From the human T2T-CHM13v2.0 reference genome, Homo sapiens: 64,000 bases of DNA. Both the position numbers and the translations under genes were made by a program. Numbering within the stretch: the first letter of the stretch is position 1; the number at the start of each line of letters is the position of its first letter. Positions 1-23,571 of the stretch are shown here, one piece after another. Location: NCBI RefSeq assembly GCF_009914755.1, contig NC_060926.1. One strand, written 5' to 3'. The notes beneath the pieces were generated by a model. That model was not told the origin of the DNA. It worked only from the letters and a program-made list of their open reading frames with translations, and did no database searches.

Positions 1-420
1 ACTGTTGGAACAGATCATTTCACTGGAAGAATTTTCACTAATTCAGAGATTTGCAAACTAACCTGAATAAATTTGTAATAATTATAGTATGAAGTGAGCA
101 TTCTGAAATTAATTCTTTGTGTTTTTATAGAGAAGTTACCTATGATCATAATAAATACAGTGATCAACATACCACACATAGGAAATATGATAGGTGCTTC
201 ATGAAAATTTTCCCGTTAACTCTTCATAAACACCCTGTAAAGTAAGGCATATTTTGCAGATTAAAAAAACAAAAACAAACTGAGTCCCATATAGTAAATG
301 GTTGTGCCGGGATTTAGACTGAAATCTGTCTGGGTCTAAGTCTGTATCTTTTTCATTATATCACATCATGTCTTGCTATTGTGCCTATCATTGTACTTTT
401 TTAAGAAAACAAGTGATTTA

Positions 421-870
<450 letters not shown>

Positions 871-1028
871 TTAGATGACAACACCAACACTGTTACTAGT
901 CAGCCATGCCTTCCAGGCATAAGTAAAGGTAATTTTTTAAGGTCAGGGAGTTTTAAAAGAGCTCAAATGTTTGAGGGAGAAATAGTGGTGAATGTGATAG
1001 TGACTTGTGAATTAAAACCAAGTTTGAG

Positions 1029-1332
<304 letters not shown>

Positions 1333-2238
1333 GAACCAAGTTTGAACATCATTCATGTCTGGGCTTGAAGAATAGACAGAAAGGACAATAGCTAGAGATG
1401 CCACAGAGATAATGTCACCAAGCAATGATTACCTAGGCTAAGTCAGCTAAGCCTAGAGAGTATGATTGAAAGGGGTATGAGGAAAGTTAAGTGTGAAAGT
1501 ATGTATGTAAATGAATCACTTCCCTTCAAAGTAGAATTTCAGATCCATTTAGTAAAAAGATCCATTGTATTCAAGGTTGCCCTGCCAAATTACCCAAGGG
1601 CATGTATTTTCATGACATTATTGGTCTTATGTGTGTTGTTTTCTTGACAATAGGAGTTTCCCTCCTAAGTGTAAGTAGTAATACTTAAATATTAATAAAA
1701 GAACATAGTATTTCCTTGTCCCCCACTACCCATCCTTACGCCGTGTTGTATAATTTATTGTAAATAAATTGTTAATGATACATTCTTGCACTAGAAGTGC
1801 ACAATTTTTGGGTTCAGTATGTTTCTTAAATAAGAGGTCACAGTAAACCAAATACTTACTATGAAACAAATAACTGGTACTCCACAGTTACAATCTTAAT
1901 GTGATTTTTACCTTGAGTTCATAGCTAAAGTTTGAGGCAATCCATTAATTGGATGCTTTAGCACTAAAACAGAAATTTGTCTCAGACAAGAAAACACTTT
2001 TTTGTTTTGTAAACTTGCTTGTTTTTGAATTTTAAATAGGGCAAAATGAATTTACCATATTATACACTTTTATGTGTATTATTCTTTTTTCTCAGCAACT
2101 TGCTTTTTAAGCCTTTGAAAATGAGAGCCTGAAAACACTGTGAATATGCTTGTAACATTGCAAAAATATTCCATCCAAGTAAGGAGGTTTTTGGTCATTT
2201 ATTAAAAAAAATAACAATACAACCAACTAAACAAAAAA

Positions 2239-2239
<1 letters not shown>

Positions 2240-2278
<39 letters not shown>
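2240..2278. repeat. (CA)n microsatellite
   Basis: About 19 perfect units. Confidence 0.95.
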
Positions 2279-2279
<1 letters not shown>

Positions 2280-2441
2280 GTCTTAGATATGCAGGTTGGG
2301 AAAAATTACATTAACGATTCAAAAGTTAAAGACTTTGTCATTTCCTAAAAATTTGTACTCAGGAATAAAATTAAGAGAAAGATCATTTACCAGTCAAAAT
2401 CTTGTGATCCCTTCAGCTGTATTTGTATATAAAGAAGGCCT

Positions 2442-4416
<1,975 letters not shown>

Positions 4417-6789
4417 GCCAAATTTTTACAAGCAAAGAGAAGCTCTTAATTTAAGTATATATGTACATTTTCCGATTTAAAACTAGGTGCTGATTTTATT
4501 TGAAAAATATATGAGGAATCACAAGCTCTTCAAAGCTTCAGGCCTCCTCTAAATGAGGCCCTCCCTTGCACTCTTAGTCTTGAGGAGATTAAAAGTCTCT
4601 GAGATCTTCTTATGTTTTGTGCACTTTATTATTCCCCTACAGATAGCAGTCTTATGACCAAAAACCCTAAAATGTGTCAGATTCCCCTTGTGATAAGGTC
4701 TTGCTCAGATTCAGATTGTCAGACCCTGACAGCAATGAATTCAATCCTGTCTTGATTGTCTGACTATATACTAGGGCTCCTTTCCAATTTCTTTTTCTCT
4801 TGATGGCTCTGTTCCTGAAGACTTGAGATGACAGTAACAAAATTTTAATTAGACATATAATGGAGAAAATAATACAAGTACTTTTTTTCAGGGTTGTAAG
4901 ATAAGCATTACTAATCTATATATTATCTTAAAAAAAAACAAGACTTACATAATTATGTAGAAATGAAAGTAGAAGAGCTTCATTTAAATACCAAACCACC
5001 TATCTAGCTTTTAGGGAAGACCTCAGGCGTTTCTACTGCAGAGGGTAGGCTATAGTTAGAGTCAGCTGGAAAGTATTTGTGCAAGGTACAGATGAGGGTA
5101 AAAAGAATGCCAGGTAAAATATTATCAATGGGTAGTAATTTTCCCGAGCAAATTTCTCCAAAAGACATGATTTTTCTATATAGAGTTCCTCATCTGTATC
5201 CCAGGCTTACAGACTGGCTGGCAAGTTTTATTGCCAGGAAAATTGATAAATAGTTGTAGCCTGGAGATACGGTTTCTCTCCTTGCACATAAATGTCTTCC
5301 CATATCCCTTGGCTGTTTTTATCTCAAAGCATTAATCTGTATTTCTGGGGGAAAATATATTCATGATTATGCATCAGTATATTCTTAACAGCTCAAAGAT
5401 TTGCCTTAAAATTGCATTTTAAAATATTACTTTTCTGAATTAAATGAAGAATTCACTATTACCTAGATCTGGAGTTTTGAACCAGAGATATGCAAGTTCT
5501 AATTTGCTATAATGACTCTAGAGAGTTTAGTCCTGAGCCATTTTTCAAAACATTTTGAAACAGTAGTTCTAGAAATCTGCATTAAACAAAACAAAATGAC
5601 ACCCCCACCCCGCGCCCAATGACTCACATCTACCTCAGTGATTAAAGCAAAATAGCTACAACTTCAATAATTGTCCATTCTTCCATTTTAAAATGGAATA
5701 AGCTATGAAGATGCCCATTTAAATTGTGCCAAATTTATGCCATTCTGTATACAGGAGGGCTGGCGATGTGATTCGAGCCACACCAGCTTCCCACCATTAG
5801 CAACACTCCCTAAAGGCAATTATTTTATCCAAATTAACATAACCCAGAAGACCTGAGTAGCTGAAAAATGAGGATGAGTGACTTCTGTTTCACTCTCCAT
5901 GGAGCAACTATGTGAGGATGAGCAACTTCTAAGGATCTGCCAATTCTAACATGCCATATATGTTTCTTAATTTCTTTTTATTAACCCACAGCTAGACATT
6001 TTCTTGTATAATACAAAGTGAGACTGGGAAGGAATTGGAAACAAGACAGATAAGTCTGAGGGAAGGAAGATGTGCATTGTATACTGAATGGCCAGGAGCT
6101 GCATTGAGAATCTCTAAATACTGAGGGGCAGCAAAAAAGCACTGAAGAGGAAAAGAAATTCCAAAGATGGGAGAGGATGGCTATCTCATGCTTCTGGGAC
6201 TGTCTACTGTGTGAACAATTTATTAAGTCCTTTGGGGAAGAGATCTCTCTTTAAAGAGACATTAAAATGCATTTTAGAAATATGGACCTCTGGTATAAGG
6301 AACATTTACAAAGATAACCGCTTTGCATTAGATCAGCAAAGTCAATGTCATTTCTACCATCTTTACTAATGCTACAATTAAAACATGTAAGTAACTACTT
6401 TAATGTTATAATTAAAGCATACATTGAAACAGTAAATATTTATGTACTATTCATCATCTGTAAGAAAACTGTGAGAAAGATTTAGATGTTCCCTCTACCC
6501 TGGGAGCTTATGAGATAACACTTGCAGGGTTGATGAATTGTCTGTACTTTGAACATATGAAATTCTCCAAAAACATTCATATATCACAGTTGCTCCATGG
6601 AGAGTGAAACAGTAAACTAAAATGCTTGAATCTTTTGCTACTTAATTTACTTTTCCCTTAGGAAAGTTTAAGATAAGTGAACTTTTAACATCTGGCTAAC
6701 ATCTTAAATTTTTACATATATTAATGATTGTTAAATTGCTTTATCACCTTAGCAGGCTCATCTTAGATCAACCAACAGCCACATCCACT

Positions 6790-7439
6790 TTAATTCATTA
6801 CTGAATGCATATTTAGTATATATTATATGCCGGGCACTGTGCTAGGCACTGGGATACAGATGGAAACAAAAGGCCTCTGTCCTCATGAAACATACATTCT
6901 AGTGGAAAGACAAGTATAAAACAAATAATCGCAAGTAATTAATTGCAAATGTGATAAGCACTTTGAAGAAAAAGGATGAGGGTGAATGGGAAGGTGCTCA
7001 GGAAATTTCTTTCAACAAAAGTGAAAATTAAGCAGAGACCTGAAAATATGAGAAGTTAGTCTGGAAGAGATAGGGTGGACCAGTTCCTCCCATTTTCCAG
7101 GCGGAGATCTTGAATCTTCTTTACATTCTAACCCATTATTCTTAAGCAATGTTATCCAGTCCTACAGTTTCAAATGTAATCTAAAATGCTGACAATTCCA
7201 AAATGTATTATCTGATTCAGACTTCTCTTCAGAGCTTGACCTGCATAGTCCATTACCTACTTGGCATCTCCACTGATGTCTCTTGTGTATTAATATCTCA
7301 AACTTGAAATATCTCAATTATTAAGTCTTCATTCCTCATCACCACTTCCAAATCTGCCCCTCCTCCAAATTTCTCCTTGTTGGTAAAAGATACCTCCATC
7401 CACATAGTTGTTTGTGTCAGAAACTCAAGAGTTATCCTT

Positions 7440-7440
<1 letters not shown>
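6790..7440. mobile_element. L2 fragments
   Basis: tatgccgggcactgtgctaggcactggggataca-type and ccattacctacttggcatctccact-type L2 motifs. Confidence 0.55.
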
Positions 7441-7745
<305 letters not shown>

Positions 7746-8403
7746 TTATCCTTGACCTTCAACCCACCCCCACACACATCTTACACAGTTTATAGCCAGG
7801 TCCCATCAATTCTACCTCCAAAATATATATCTCAAGTCTGTCTCCTCTCTTTGACACTGCTTCTACACCAGCATATTTTGCTTGGATTACTGCAGTAGCA
7901 CCAATAAACACAAACTCAATATTGTCTGAATACAACCACAGCTCTGGAGCCACAGACAGCATTCTGGAGGAGATTCTTTTATCTCAGTATATGTCATGGC
8001 AATTGCTTTGTTCTTACATTATACAAATGATTCAGCAAACTTTCTTTTCTGATGGCTAGTAAGGCTATCAATAACTTTCTTTTAAGACAATCTCGCTCTT
8101 GTCATCCAGGCTAAAGTAAAGTGGCGATTGTAGCTCAATGTAGCCTTGAACTCCTGGGATCAAGCAATCCTGCTTCAACCTCTCAAGTAGCTGGGACCAC
8201 AGGTGCATGCCACCATGCCTGGCTATTTTTTATTTTTTTATTTTTTATAGAGATAGGGGATCTCACCATGTTGGCTAAGTTGGTCTCAAAGTCCTAGGCT
8301 CAAATGATCTGCCCACTTTGGCCTCCCAAAGTGCTGGGATTACAGGAATGAGCCACTACTGCACCCTTCCAAGGCTATCAGTAACTTAAAATTAATTTTT
8401 CCC

Positions 8404-8431
8404 TGTGGTACTATATAGAGAAAACTCATTT

Positions 8432-8471
<40 letters not shown>

Positions 8472-9040
8472 GTTTGGGTTTTTTTTTTTTTTTTTTTAAT
8501 AAACTGAGACAAGTTTAATAAACTGAGACAAACTCCTGGGCTTTTGACTGACTGCATTCAAGTTGGGGTTCCCACAACCCCCTCTTAGGATTCGATTACT
8601 TTACTGGATTGTCTCACAGAACTCAGTGTAGCATGTTTGTTGGTTTATTATAAAGGATACAGATGAAAAGATGTGTAGGGTGAGGGATGGTGGAAGGGAT
8701 GCAGGGCTTCCATGCCCTCCCTGGGCACACTACCCTCCAAGAACCTCCAAGTATTCCGCTATTCGGAAGCTCTGTGAATCCTGTCCTCTTGGTTTTTCAG
8801 AGAAGCTTCAGGACATCAGCACTCCTTTGCCCATAGGGTGGGAGCCTTTCAGAGAAGGGTCTTAAGACCCTTAATCAGAAAGTCGGGGAAACATTAGAGT
8901 AGAAGAAGGGCAAGAGAAGGTCAGAGGCCTGCCAGAGAGGCCTAACACACCCAACAGTGTAACAAAAGACTGCAACAAGGGCAATGGTAGTTATGAACCG
9001 GGAACCATGGACGAAAACCATTATGTATCATAACACCACA
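8404..9040. mobile_element. MER21-family LTR with internal (TG)n/poly-T
   Basis: Diagnostic ggggttcccacaacccc...cacagaactcag...ggtttattataaaggatacagatga...gcttccatgccctc; TG...CA ends. Confidence 0.7.
8436..8468. repeat. (TG)n microsatellite
   Basis: About 16 perfect units. Confidence 0.95.
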
Positions 9041-9303
9041 GGCACCTAACCAAAAGGAAGAATTTGAGGAAGAAATTATTTTCACACGACTACTGGAAGA
9101 ACTGAACTGGTTATTTCACTTGACATCTGAGTTTAAAATGTCAAGTCAAATATCCTACTAAAAAATTCAATCTCTAATTAAAACACCAAACATATTTTGG
9201 CCCCAAGCTGTACAGCTATTTAAAAAATATATCAGCATTTGGCCTGGTGCGGTGGCTCATGCCTGTAATCCCAGCACTTTGGGAGGCCGAGGCAGGTGGA
9301 TCA

Positions 9304-9558
<255 letters not shown>

Positions 9559-10192
9559 TCAGCTTTATGACATAGAGCTAGAGAGTTACAAATATAAAAA
9601 TAAAAATAGAATATATATACAGCTAATTTTTATAACACCCTCAAAATACAGTATTACTTCAAAGTTTAAATAACTTGTACTTAAAAAAAAGAGAGATCAA
9701 ATTGTTAAACGAAATTGTAACATAATTCATTTAACCATAATGTAGAGTTGTTGATAACCACCCATTTTTTCTGTTAGTGCTTAAAAATACTTAAACATGC
9801 TATTGAATGAAAATATATTAATCCTTGCTGGGTCTTTAAAGTGTTTCCAAAAAATATCCTTAAAAGCAATCTCAATTTGTGATCAAGAATATTGACCAGT
9901 ATATAACATCTATGTTCATTTGCAACAGAGATGTGGGAAAAGTATTGGCATTTACGCAAGATCAGTTTTATTCCATTCTGAGGTAGAAAGCAATGCAAAC
10001 TTTTATAGATATACTGATCATTATAAAAGACAAAGCAACTAGATTATATTTATGATGTAGGGTGAAAATTTTCAGTAAATGCACAACTACTACTATATGT
10101 ACCATCACTTATTATCTTTATAGCACAATTGCTATAGCTGCTTCATCTTACCATGACTGTAACTCTTTGTGTAACATAATATTTATTGCTGA

Positions 10193-10569
<377 letters not shown>

Positions 10570-10572
10570 TGA

Positions 10573-10758
<186 letters not shown>

Positions 10759-11495
10759 TAAGTAGCTGGGACTACAGGCGCTTGCCACCACGCCTGGTTA
10801 ATTTTGTATTTTTAGTAGAGACAGGGTTTCACTATGTTGGCCAGGCTGGTCTCAAACTCCTCAAACTCCTGACCTAAGGTGATCCACCTGCCTTGGCCTC
10901 CCAAACTGCTGGGATTACAGGCATGAGCCACCACACCTGGCTCTACTTCCTTTTAAACAATTGTAGTACTTGATCTACTGATGTGAATTACGATTCATGG
11001 TTTCATCCATTTCTCTTAGAGTCTAGACCCATTTCTACCCATGAAGTTGGTCTCTTCATCTGGTGATGAAAAGATAGCACTTATTTATTTTGAAACCTCT
11101 AAAATAATCAATTCTGATGTGGTAATTTCTACTCATTTCAGAGTTCCTTTAAATTAAAATATGCAATTCAATGATATTTAATGTTTGAGTTTAAAACATC
11201 TTTGTCATTCAGTTTTAGAATTATTATACATTGGAGGAGCTGAAAGTTGATTGATAGAGATTGTTATTTTCCTAAAACCATCCTTTATAACGGGGACTAG
11301 ATTCTCCTTGTAGAGATAGGAACTTGGATCTTGCAAGGCACAATTAGCTGTGAACCATTTCTGCTTTTCTGTGTGCTTTTCACACAGAGGGGAAATGGAT
11401 AAGAGAGCTAAAAAAAATAATTTTTTCTATCAACAAGACCAGTTTTTTCTCTTCTATTTCTCTGATGTAATCATTTTGTCTTCTGAATCTCACAG

Positions 11496-12334
11496 TGAAA
11501 CAGGAAATTTTCTCTGACCCCTTCATGGGCAGGAACTAGAGTGTGGGCACTAGAACTAGTCAGCCATTTCAGTGGTAGCAGCAAACTCCACTCCACTCAA
11601 CTCAAACCTGTTGCATTGCGCTCAACCCCTCGTGGGAGGGAGCACGCAGGTGAGCGGTTGCAGGAGGCTAGGCTAGTGTTTTCAGCACCGGCAGGAGCAA
11701 AACTCCATGTGGGACCCGAGGCAGCGTCTAAGAGGGAATACCGATGACCCCTGAAGCCCCAGAAGAGTGGTACAGTGAGGCTCTTTTAGTTTTTGCCATC
11801 TGCAGACAGGCTCAGTGGGCCCTCTGCCTTTTTGTGTGAGATAGTTGCTCTCTGCCAGTGAGGGCAGAGGGTCTAGTGTGACAGCCTGCTGTATCCCGAG
11901 CTCTTGTCCAGCATCCAGGAAAAATCAGGTCACAGGAAAGAACTGAAGGATAGTAAATGTGGGAGGTTTTATTGCCAATGGAAGTGCCTCTCAGCGGGAA
12001 GAGGAGCTGGAAAGGGGATAGAGCAGGACAGTATTCTTCCCCTGAAGTCCGGCCATCTTTGCTGGACTCCACTCTGAAGTCCCGCTGTCGAGCTGTCCCT
12101 CTGAAGTCAAACTACTTCTCTCCAACATTCAGCTGCTTCTTCTCCTCTTGATGTTTAGCTGCTTCTGGGGTCTTTATAGACACAGGGTGGGGTGGGGTGA
12201 GGCCATGGGTGGGAAAACAGAGATATCAGTTCTCGCTTTAGGCCATGGTCTCAGGCTTTTCGGCTTGAGGGTGGGGCTTCGCCAGGGACCCTGCCCTTTT
12301 CTGCCTAGAATTTCTCTGCCTCCTGTCCCTATCA
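11496..12334 (-). mobile_element. ERV1 solo LTR (LTR1/LTR27/LTR28 group)
   Basis: TG...CA termini; 4-bp TSD ACAG (11492-11495 / 12335-12338); minus-strand start TGATAGGGACAGGAGGCAGAG; TATAAA (12173-12178) and AATAAA (11968-11973) on the minus strand. Confidence 0.85.
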
Positions 12335-12964
12335 ACAGTGTGATATATAAAGGTTAAAGAAGAAATTCAGATTCAAAATCTTCAAACTCACATGCAGGTA
12401 TCAAAAGATAGAGCAACTTTATTTTGAAAAGAACTCTGCTGTAACCTGAAAATTTACAAACACAAATATGTTTTACTTATCTTACTAAAGACCACATCCC
12501 CAGCTTTGGTGGTAGAACACTGGTTGTGTTAACACAGAATAACGAATACTTTTCTATTGATCTACGTAATCTGATTCCATTTCCTGACGCTGGATATATG
12601 CCAAGGGTTTTGCTCCTAAACACCTGGTTACTTTCTGATCCTGATTACTATATAACAGAGGAATAATGCTTCATAGTCCTTGAATTTTTAGTGTTATATT
12701 CTCATCCCCTTAAGTGTTCTCATTATGTTTTTATTAAAATTTAATTTTTTCTCTTTTATTTGATTTGCCTTCATATAAGCCACCTGTTTTAGTTGTTCAA
12801 CTTGATGTGCCTCCTTCCAGCTACTGTGCCTTGTTAAATGACTTGTAATAATTTTATTTTGCTTGCTGATTTCAGGGAGTTTAGAATGTATCAAACTCTG
12901 GTAATCAGGATTTTGGGTCTTTTGAATATTGATGTATTGACAGAAATGTAAGAATATGTATGAG

Positions 12965-15438
<2,474 letters not shown>

Positions 15439-16701
15439 TTAAGGTGAATGAGAATTGTTCCAGTGGCATGTGGCAGTCAGCAAGCTGTAACCTCTTGGAA
15501 AATGTTGAGAAAAGATTATCATGTCTCAGGGACAGAGGCCTCACACTGCAATGCTCCTGGGCTGCCAAATTTTAGGGGAAAGCTTTCTCCATAAGCTGCA
15601 TGTAGAAAGTGGACAGAGGCAGTTAGTTGGGGGATCAACTTGAGTCTCTGGCCTGCCTGTCAGAAACAAATGGCGGTCTTTGCCCCACATGAGAGGTATT
15701 TTGGTTCTTTCCCAGGGAACACAAAATATCTCATATATTTATCTCATACCAGGACTGTAGGGGTTCACTCAGCTTTACTGGGGCTCACTTCCAGGTTCTA
15801 CAGTCAGCCAAGGCTGTTTTGAATGATGGATTAGTAATTATGCAAGAAAATGAATGCAGTGACAGTAAAGGGAGCAGGTAGAAATACAGTCAAACAATAT
15901 TTGTATGAGATCAGAGAATAATGGTGGTCAAGAAAACAGTAATGGGTATATGTACAGCTCCTGTTGGAAGAATAGAGAAGTTATAATGCTCATTCTTAAC
16001 CATAATTGAGGCACAACAGGAGCCAGAGGATTCAGGTTTTAAACAAGGGTTTCTTCTTTGGACATGTTGAGTTTAACATCCCTGAAGGTCTGCGTAGGTA
16101 GAAATGTCCACCAGGTAGTTGGAACTATGATTTGACCTTTAAAAAAGATTGAGCTTAGAGTCTCGGAAAGTGCAACATAAAGGCCATAGTCGAAGCTGCT
16201 GGAGTTGAGATTTCTTTCCCCATGTGAGATAATATGAAGTGATAAGACAAGTTAGTTAAAGTTAGGAACTTAGGAAATACCACTTAAGAGATGGGAAGAA
16301 GAACAATCCTGTATTGGAGACTAGAAAAGGTATTAGGAAGGAAGAGATCCTAGAGAAGATATTATCAAAGATGCTAAAGAAGAGAGCTCCCATAAGGAGA
16401 TTGTTCTCAGTACAGTACAGGATGAAGACTGTGAAAAGTCAGTAAAATTTGCCAAGTAAGAGGTCAACAATAATTTTATTTATTTATTTTATCTACCAAT
16501 TTTTTATAAATAAATAGAGACGGGACCTTGCTATGTTGTCCAGGCTGATCTCAAACTCCTGGACTCAAGCCATCCTCCTGCCTCAGCCTCCCAAAGTGCT
16601 AGGATTACAGGTATGAACTATTGTGCCCAGCCTCAAAAATAACTTTAAAAAATAAATAAGCTACTTTTTTAAACTTTTTTTTTAGTTTGTTTTTGTTTTG
16701 A

Positions 16702-16920
<219 letters not shown>

Positions 16921-16987
16921 TGATCCACCCACCTCGGCCTCCCAAAGTGCTGGGATTACAGGCATGAGCCACCGCACCCAGCCTAAA

Positions 16988-18450
<1,463 letters not shown>

Positions 18451-19719
18451 TGATGACTCTTGGGAGAGCAATTTCACCAGAGTGGTAAACACAGCATAAC
18501 AGTACGTTGAGAAGTAAATAAGTGTTGAAGAAGTGGAAGCACAAAGGCAGTTAAGTAGCACCTTAAATCAGGGTGAGGCTTAATATTTGTCTTTATAAGT
18601 CCTTAAGACATTTTAATCTCATAAAACACAGGTAGATGAAAGCCCTGCCTATGCCATGAAAAGCCCTGAAGCATTAAAAGAAAAAAAAAAAAAAAAACCT
18701 TAAAAATCCCAGAGTGATCAAATTGGATGAACACCGAGGACACCACTAAAAATTTATATCTGATGAGGTTGAGCCAAAGAAAAAAGAAAATAGTTACTGT
18801 TTGTTCTTATGGCTTTAATATTTGGCATACACTAGTTTTTTTTTAAACAGGGAGTAATGTAAACGTTAATTATAATGTGAGTATGCCAGAATATTTGAGG
18901 TACTTAAAGCTTCCCTATGAATGCCAACAGTGCAGGATTATAGAGAAAATGATTTGATTTTAGGTCTCATTTAAATTCCTGCAAAGACTTGATCTTCAGA
19001 AATGCTATAAAAATGTTTTCCAATGAATAGGTAATTTTTCTCACAGTGAATGTCTTCTAGCAGTAAAGCAATTTTAAAATATTTAGAACACAAAAGTTGT
19101 GTTCATTTTGTTCTCTGATCATTTCCTCAAATTAACTGATGAAGTTTTAAAATTTAACTGGGGGCAAAAAAAGCGAGAGAGAGTTGGGGTGTTGCTTGAT
19201 AGGGTGTCGACAGGTTAAGGATAAAGAGAAAATATTAATTTATAACTCCTCCCACACACACTATTATCAGCAATGGTTCATGTGTTGGGTCCAGGGAAGC
19301 CATTTCCAGCAGCCATTCTAGTAGTATTCAGTCAGTACCCACTTTGCACCAAGCAATGTGCCAGATGCTGAAGATAGTACATTGAACAAGGAACAGTCCC
19401 TGCTCTCAAGGAATCGGTGAGTATAGGAGACATCCTGGTGCAGGGAGCGGGAGATAAGTGGGCCACAAATGTAGCACAGTGCAAACCTTGTGCTGTGGTG
19501 GAAGATACATGTGTAAGTGTATAGGAGGACACCTAACCCAGAGAGGGACAGGCAAGTTTATAGTGATTTATAAACTGAATCCTGAAGGACAAATAGGAAG
19601 TAATCAGAGGGTGCAAGGGGAAGGGGTGCCGAGGAGATGAGGCACTTTAAGCAAGGAAAAGCATGACAGCTGAGGAAGTAACAAGTCTTTCAGTATGGCT
19701 GGATTGTAGAGTTTTAGAG

Positions 19720-20351
<632 letters not shown>

Positions 20352-20625
20352 TGAAGTCACGAGCAATTAATCTGCAGAGATAATATGGGAGCAGATTAGG
20401 GCAGATATTGTTTGTCAGCGAAATTGTTTAACCCGAGGGTTATGGGAAGCTGTGAAAGGTCTATGCATGGGAGGACCTGATCAAATTAGTGATGACTCTA
20501 ACTTTCACGGTGGAGAATGGATTATAGGTGGACTTGATCAGAAGCCAACTAGGCCATAGATGATAATAACCTTAACCAGCGGAGTAACTTGGGTGTGGTG
20601 AGAAGTAGAATATGGACACAAGGCA

Positions 20626-20694
20626 TCTGTAAGAATTGTAAGGAATCTGTAACAGAATTGTAAGAGAATTGTAACTGTAAGAGAATCTGTAAGG
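20626..20694. repeat. Degenerate ~11-bp minisatellite (gaat[c]tgtaa[g/ga])
   Basis: Seven tgtaa cores in about 70 bp. Confidence 0.75.
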
Positions 20695-20961
20695 ATTGGA
20701 AGTGTGTTGAGAAGACAGGAATGCCCCCTCACTTCTGCTTTCTCCCTCAAAACCCTGAGGAACACAGCAGAACCATTTTAAGGATTGGGGGAAACAAGAG
20801 GAAGAATGGCAGGATTGAGAAACAATGTGTTCTGCTTGGGACATTTTAAATTATCCAAGCGTAACATTTGCATGTGAAACAGAGAAGTCCATGTCACCAG
20901 TATACAGACAGTAACCAAAGCCCTGGGATTGGATAAAATTACCCAGGATGAGTAGATTAAA

Positions 20962-21148
20962 CAGTATTTCTCATACCTGAATTAAAAACAAAAAGTACCT
21001 GGGAGCTGATTTAAAATGCAGATTTTTGGCTTTATCCCCAAGTTACTGGTTCAGTAGCTGTTGGGAGAGGGCTAGAAATTGCGTTTTTAATAAGAGCCCC
21101 TAGGAACTGATGCAAGTGGTGCTTAAAACACTCCTTTACACACACTAG
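20962..21148. mobile_element. MER5A-like hAT element
   Basis: cctgggagctgatttaaaatgcagatt...ttcagtag...gcgtttttaataag. Confidence 0.6.
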
Positions 21149-22582
21149 AGTAGAATAATATATAAGAGGACCCAGAAGGAGATTGCCTGTGTGTATGGAA
21201 GGTTAGAGAACAAAAGCCCTTGAAGCAGCTAGGAAATGAGCCACTAGAGAGGTTAATGAAAAACCAAAAGTCCTGTCTGCTATTAAAGTAGAGGGGAGTG
21301 GCAGATTCTTATTTAAAGGGAACAAGACTGAAGGTGGGACAACTAGGTAGGTACCTTACTTGGTGGGACAATCAGCATGGGAAAAAAGCACTATTCTTTG
21401 CTTACTGTTCAAGGTGTCTGTCCTGGGGATGTCACCTCACCATACCACCAAATTTATCAAATTCCTTGAGGATTTGGAGGAAGTCACTGCCTCAAAGTAA
21501 CAGAGAAAGTAAATAGAGTACCAGTTGAAAGTGACAATTGGATTTAGTAACTAAGGCCATTGGGTGGCAATTTGGATGACCTAGCAGGAATGGAAGCCCA
21601 GCTGCAATAGATGAGTTGAACAAGTGGGTCAAATTAGTGTAGAAAAGTCTTCTTGGCAGAGAAAAGGAGGAGAGAGAAGGCAGAGTGCATACAAGGATGT
21701 TCACTTAGGAAATGCTAAGGGATGTGTGCCCTTCTTTCACAGTATTCATCCTATTTCATTTCTATTCTGTAGGTTGAGTCAATACTGTGAAACCACAGAA
21801 TCTCTGTCTCTGCTTCATAAATATACTCATTAAATAATTTATGTTTATATATTTAAATCAGTCAAATGATCTCCAGTCATACTGTCACTTCTACTAGTAA
21901 TTGAATGGATAAACCATTTTGCAGAATAACTATAGCTGATTACTGATGGCTTGAAAGAAGTGCCAAGCTGCAGTAGTTTGGGGTTGGATGAGGGAGATGA
22001 GAAAGGAGGAGAAACTGGAACCTTGAATCTGAATTTCTCAGTCTCCTTCTTACCTGTCCTCTACTGCCCAATAATCTTAGCCCCAAACTGGTAAAATTCT
22101 ACCATCATTCAACCATGGGTAGCCCACAAATAAGTTGATGTATCTCTGCTAAATAAGAGGTTGTCAGAACTTCATTGTTACAGTAGTTTTGTATTTGCTG
22201 TTTCCTCCTTTCTACCCAACATCATCCCCATTACCTGGTTAATCTAGAATTGGCTGATTATCAGCCACCAAACTTGTTAGTTAACATTGTTAACACCACA
22301 CATTGTTGAGTACCAGCTTAGATATTGCACATATGCAGTAAATATTTAAAAGATGTGTTTTGCTTTCAACATGAATGTGGAGTGCTACAAAGTATCAAAA
22401 CAAATAAAAGGAGATATAAACAGGCGTATTAGAGCTTCAGTTCTAAACAGAGTTGAACATTTAATTAGGTTAAATGTACATTCATTTTTTTTTTTTTTTA
22501 AATTTCCTTCCAAGAGGATGGATTCGTTTTGGAATGGAGCCAATTAATTTGAAAATCTGGGTTTGGTGGCTCACGCCTGTGA

Positions 22583-22899
<317 letters not shown>

Positions 22900-23089
22900 T
22901 GAACTCCTGACCTTGTGATCCGCCCGCTTCGGCCTCCCAAAGTGTTGGGATTACAGGCATGAGCCACAGGCCCCTCAACTAAAAAATTAAAAAAATAGCT
23001 GCGTGTGGTGACACTGACCTGTAGTCCCAGCTATTCAGGAGGCTGAGGTGGAAGGATCACTTGACCCCAGGAGGTCATGGCTGCACTGA

Positions 23090-23571
<482 letters not shown>

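Noticed and set aside
8497-8531. Small direct duplications (also at ~3167, ~10852, ~47151 inside Alus)
   Set aside because: Ordinary slippage duplications in repeats with no functional hint.
20626-20694. Short repeat cluster considered as a CRISPR-like or regulatory array
   Set aside because: Eukaryotic DNA with no unique spacers; a degenerate minisatellite.
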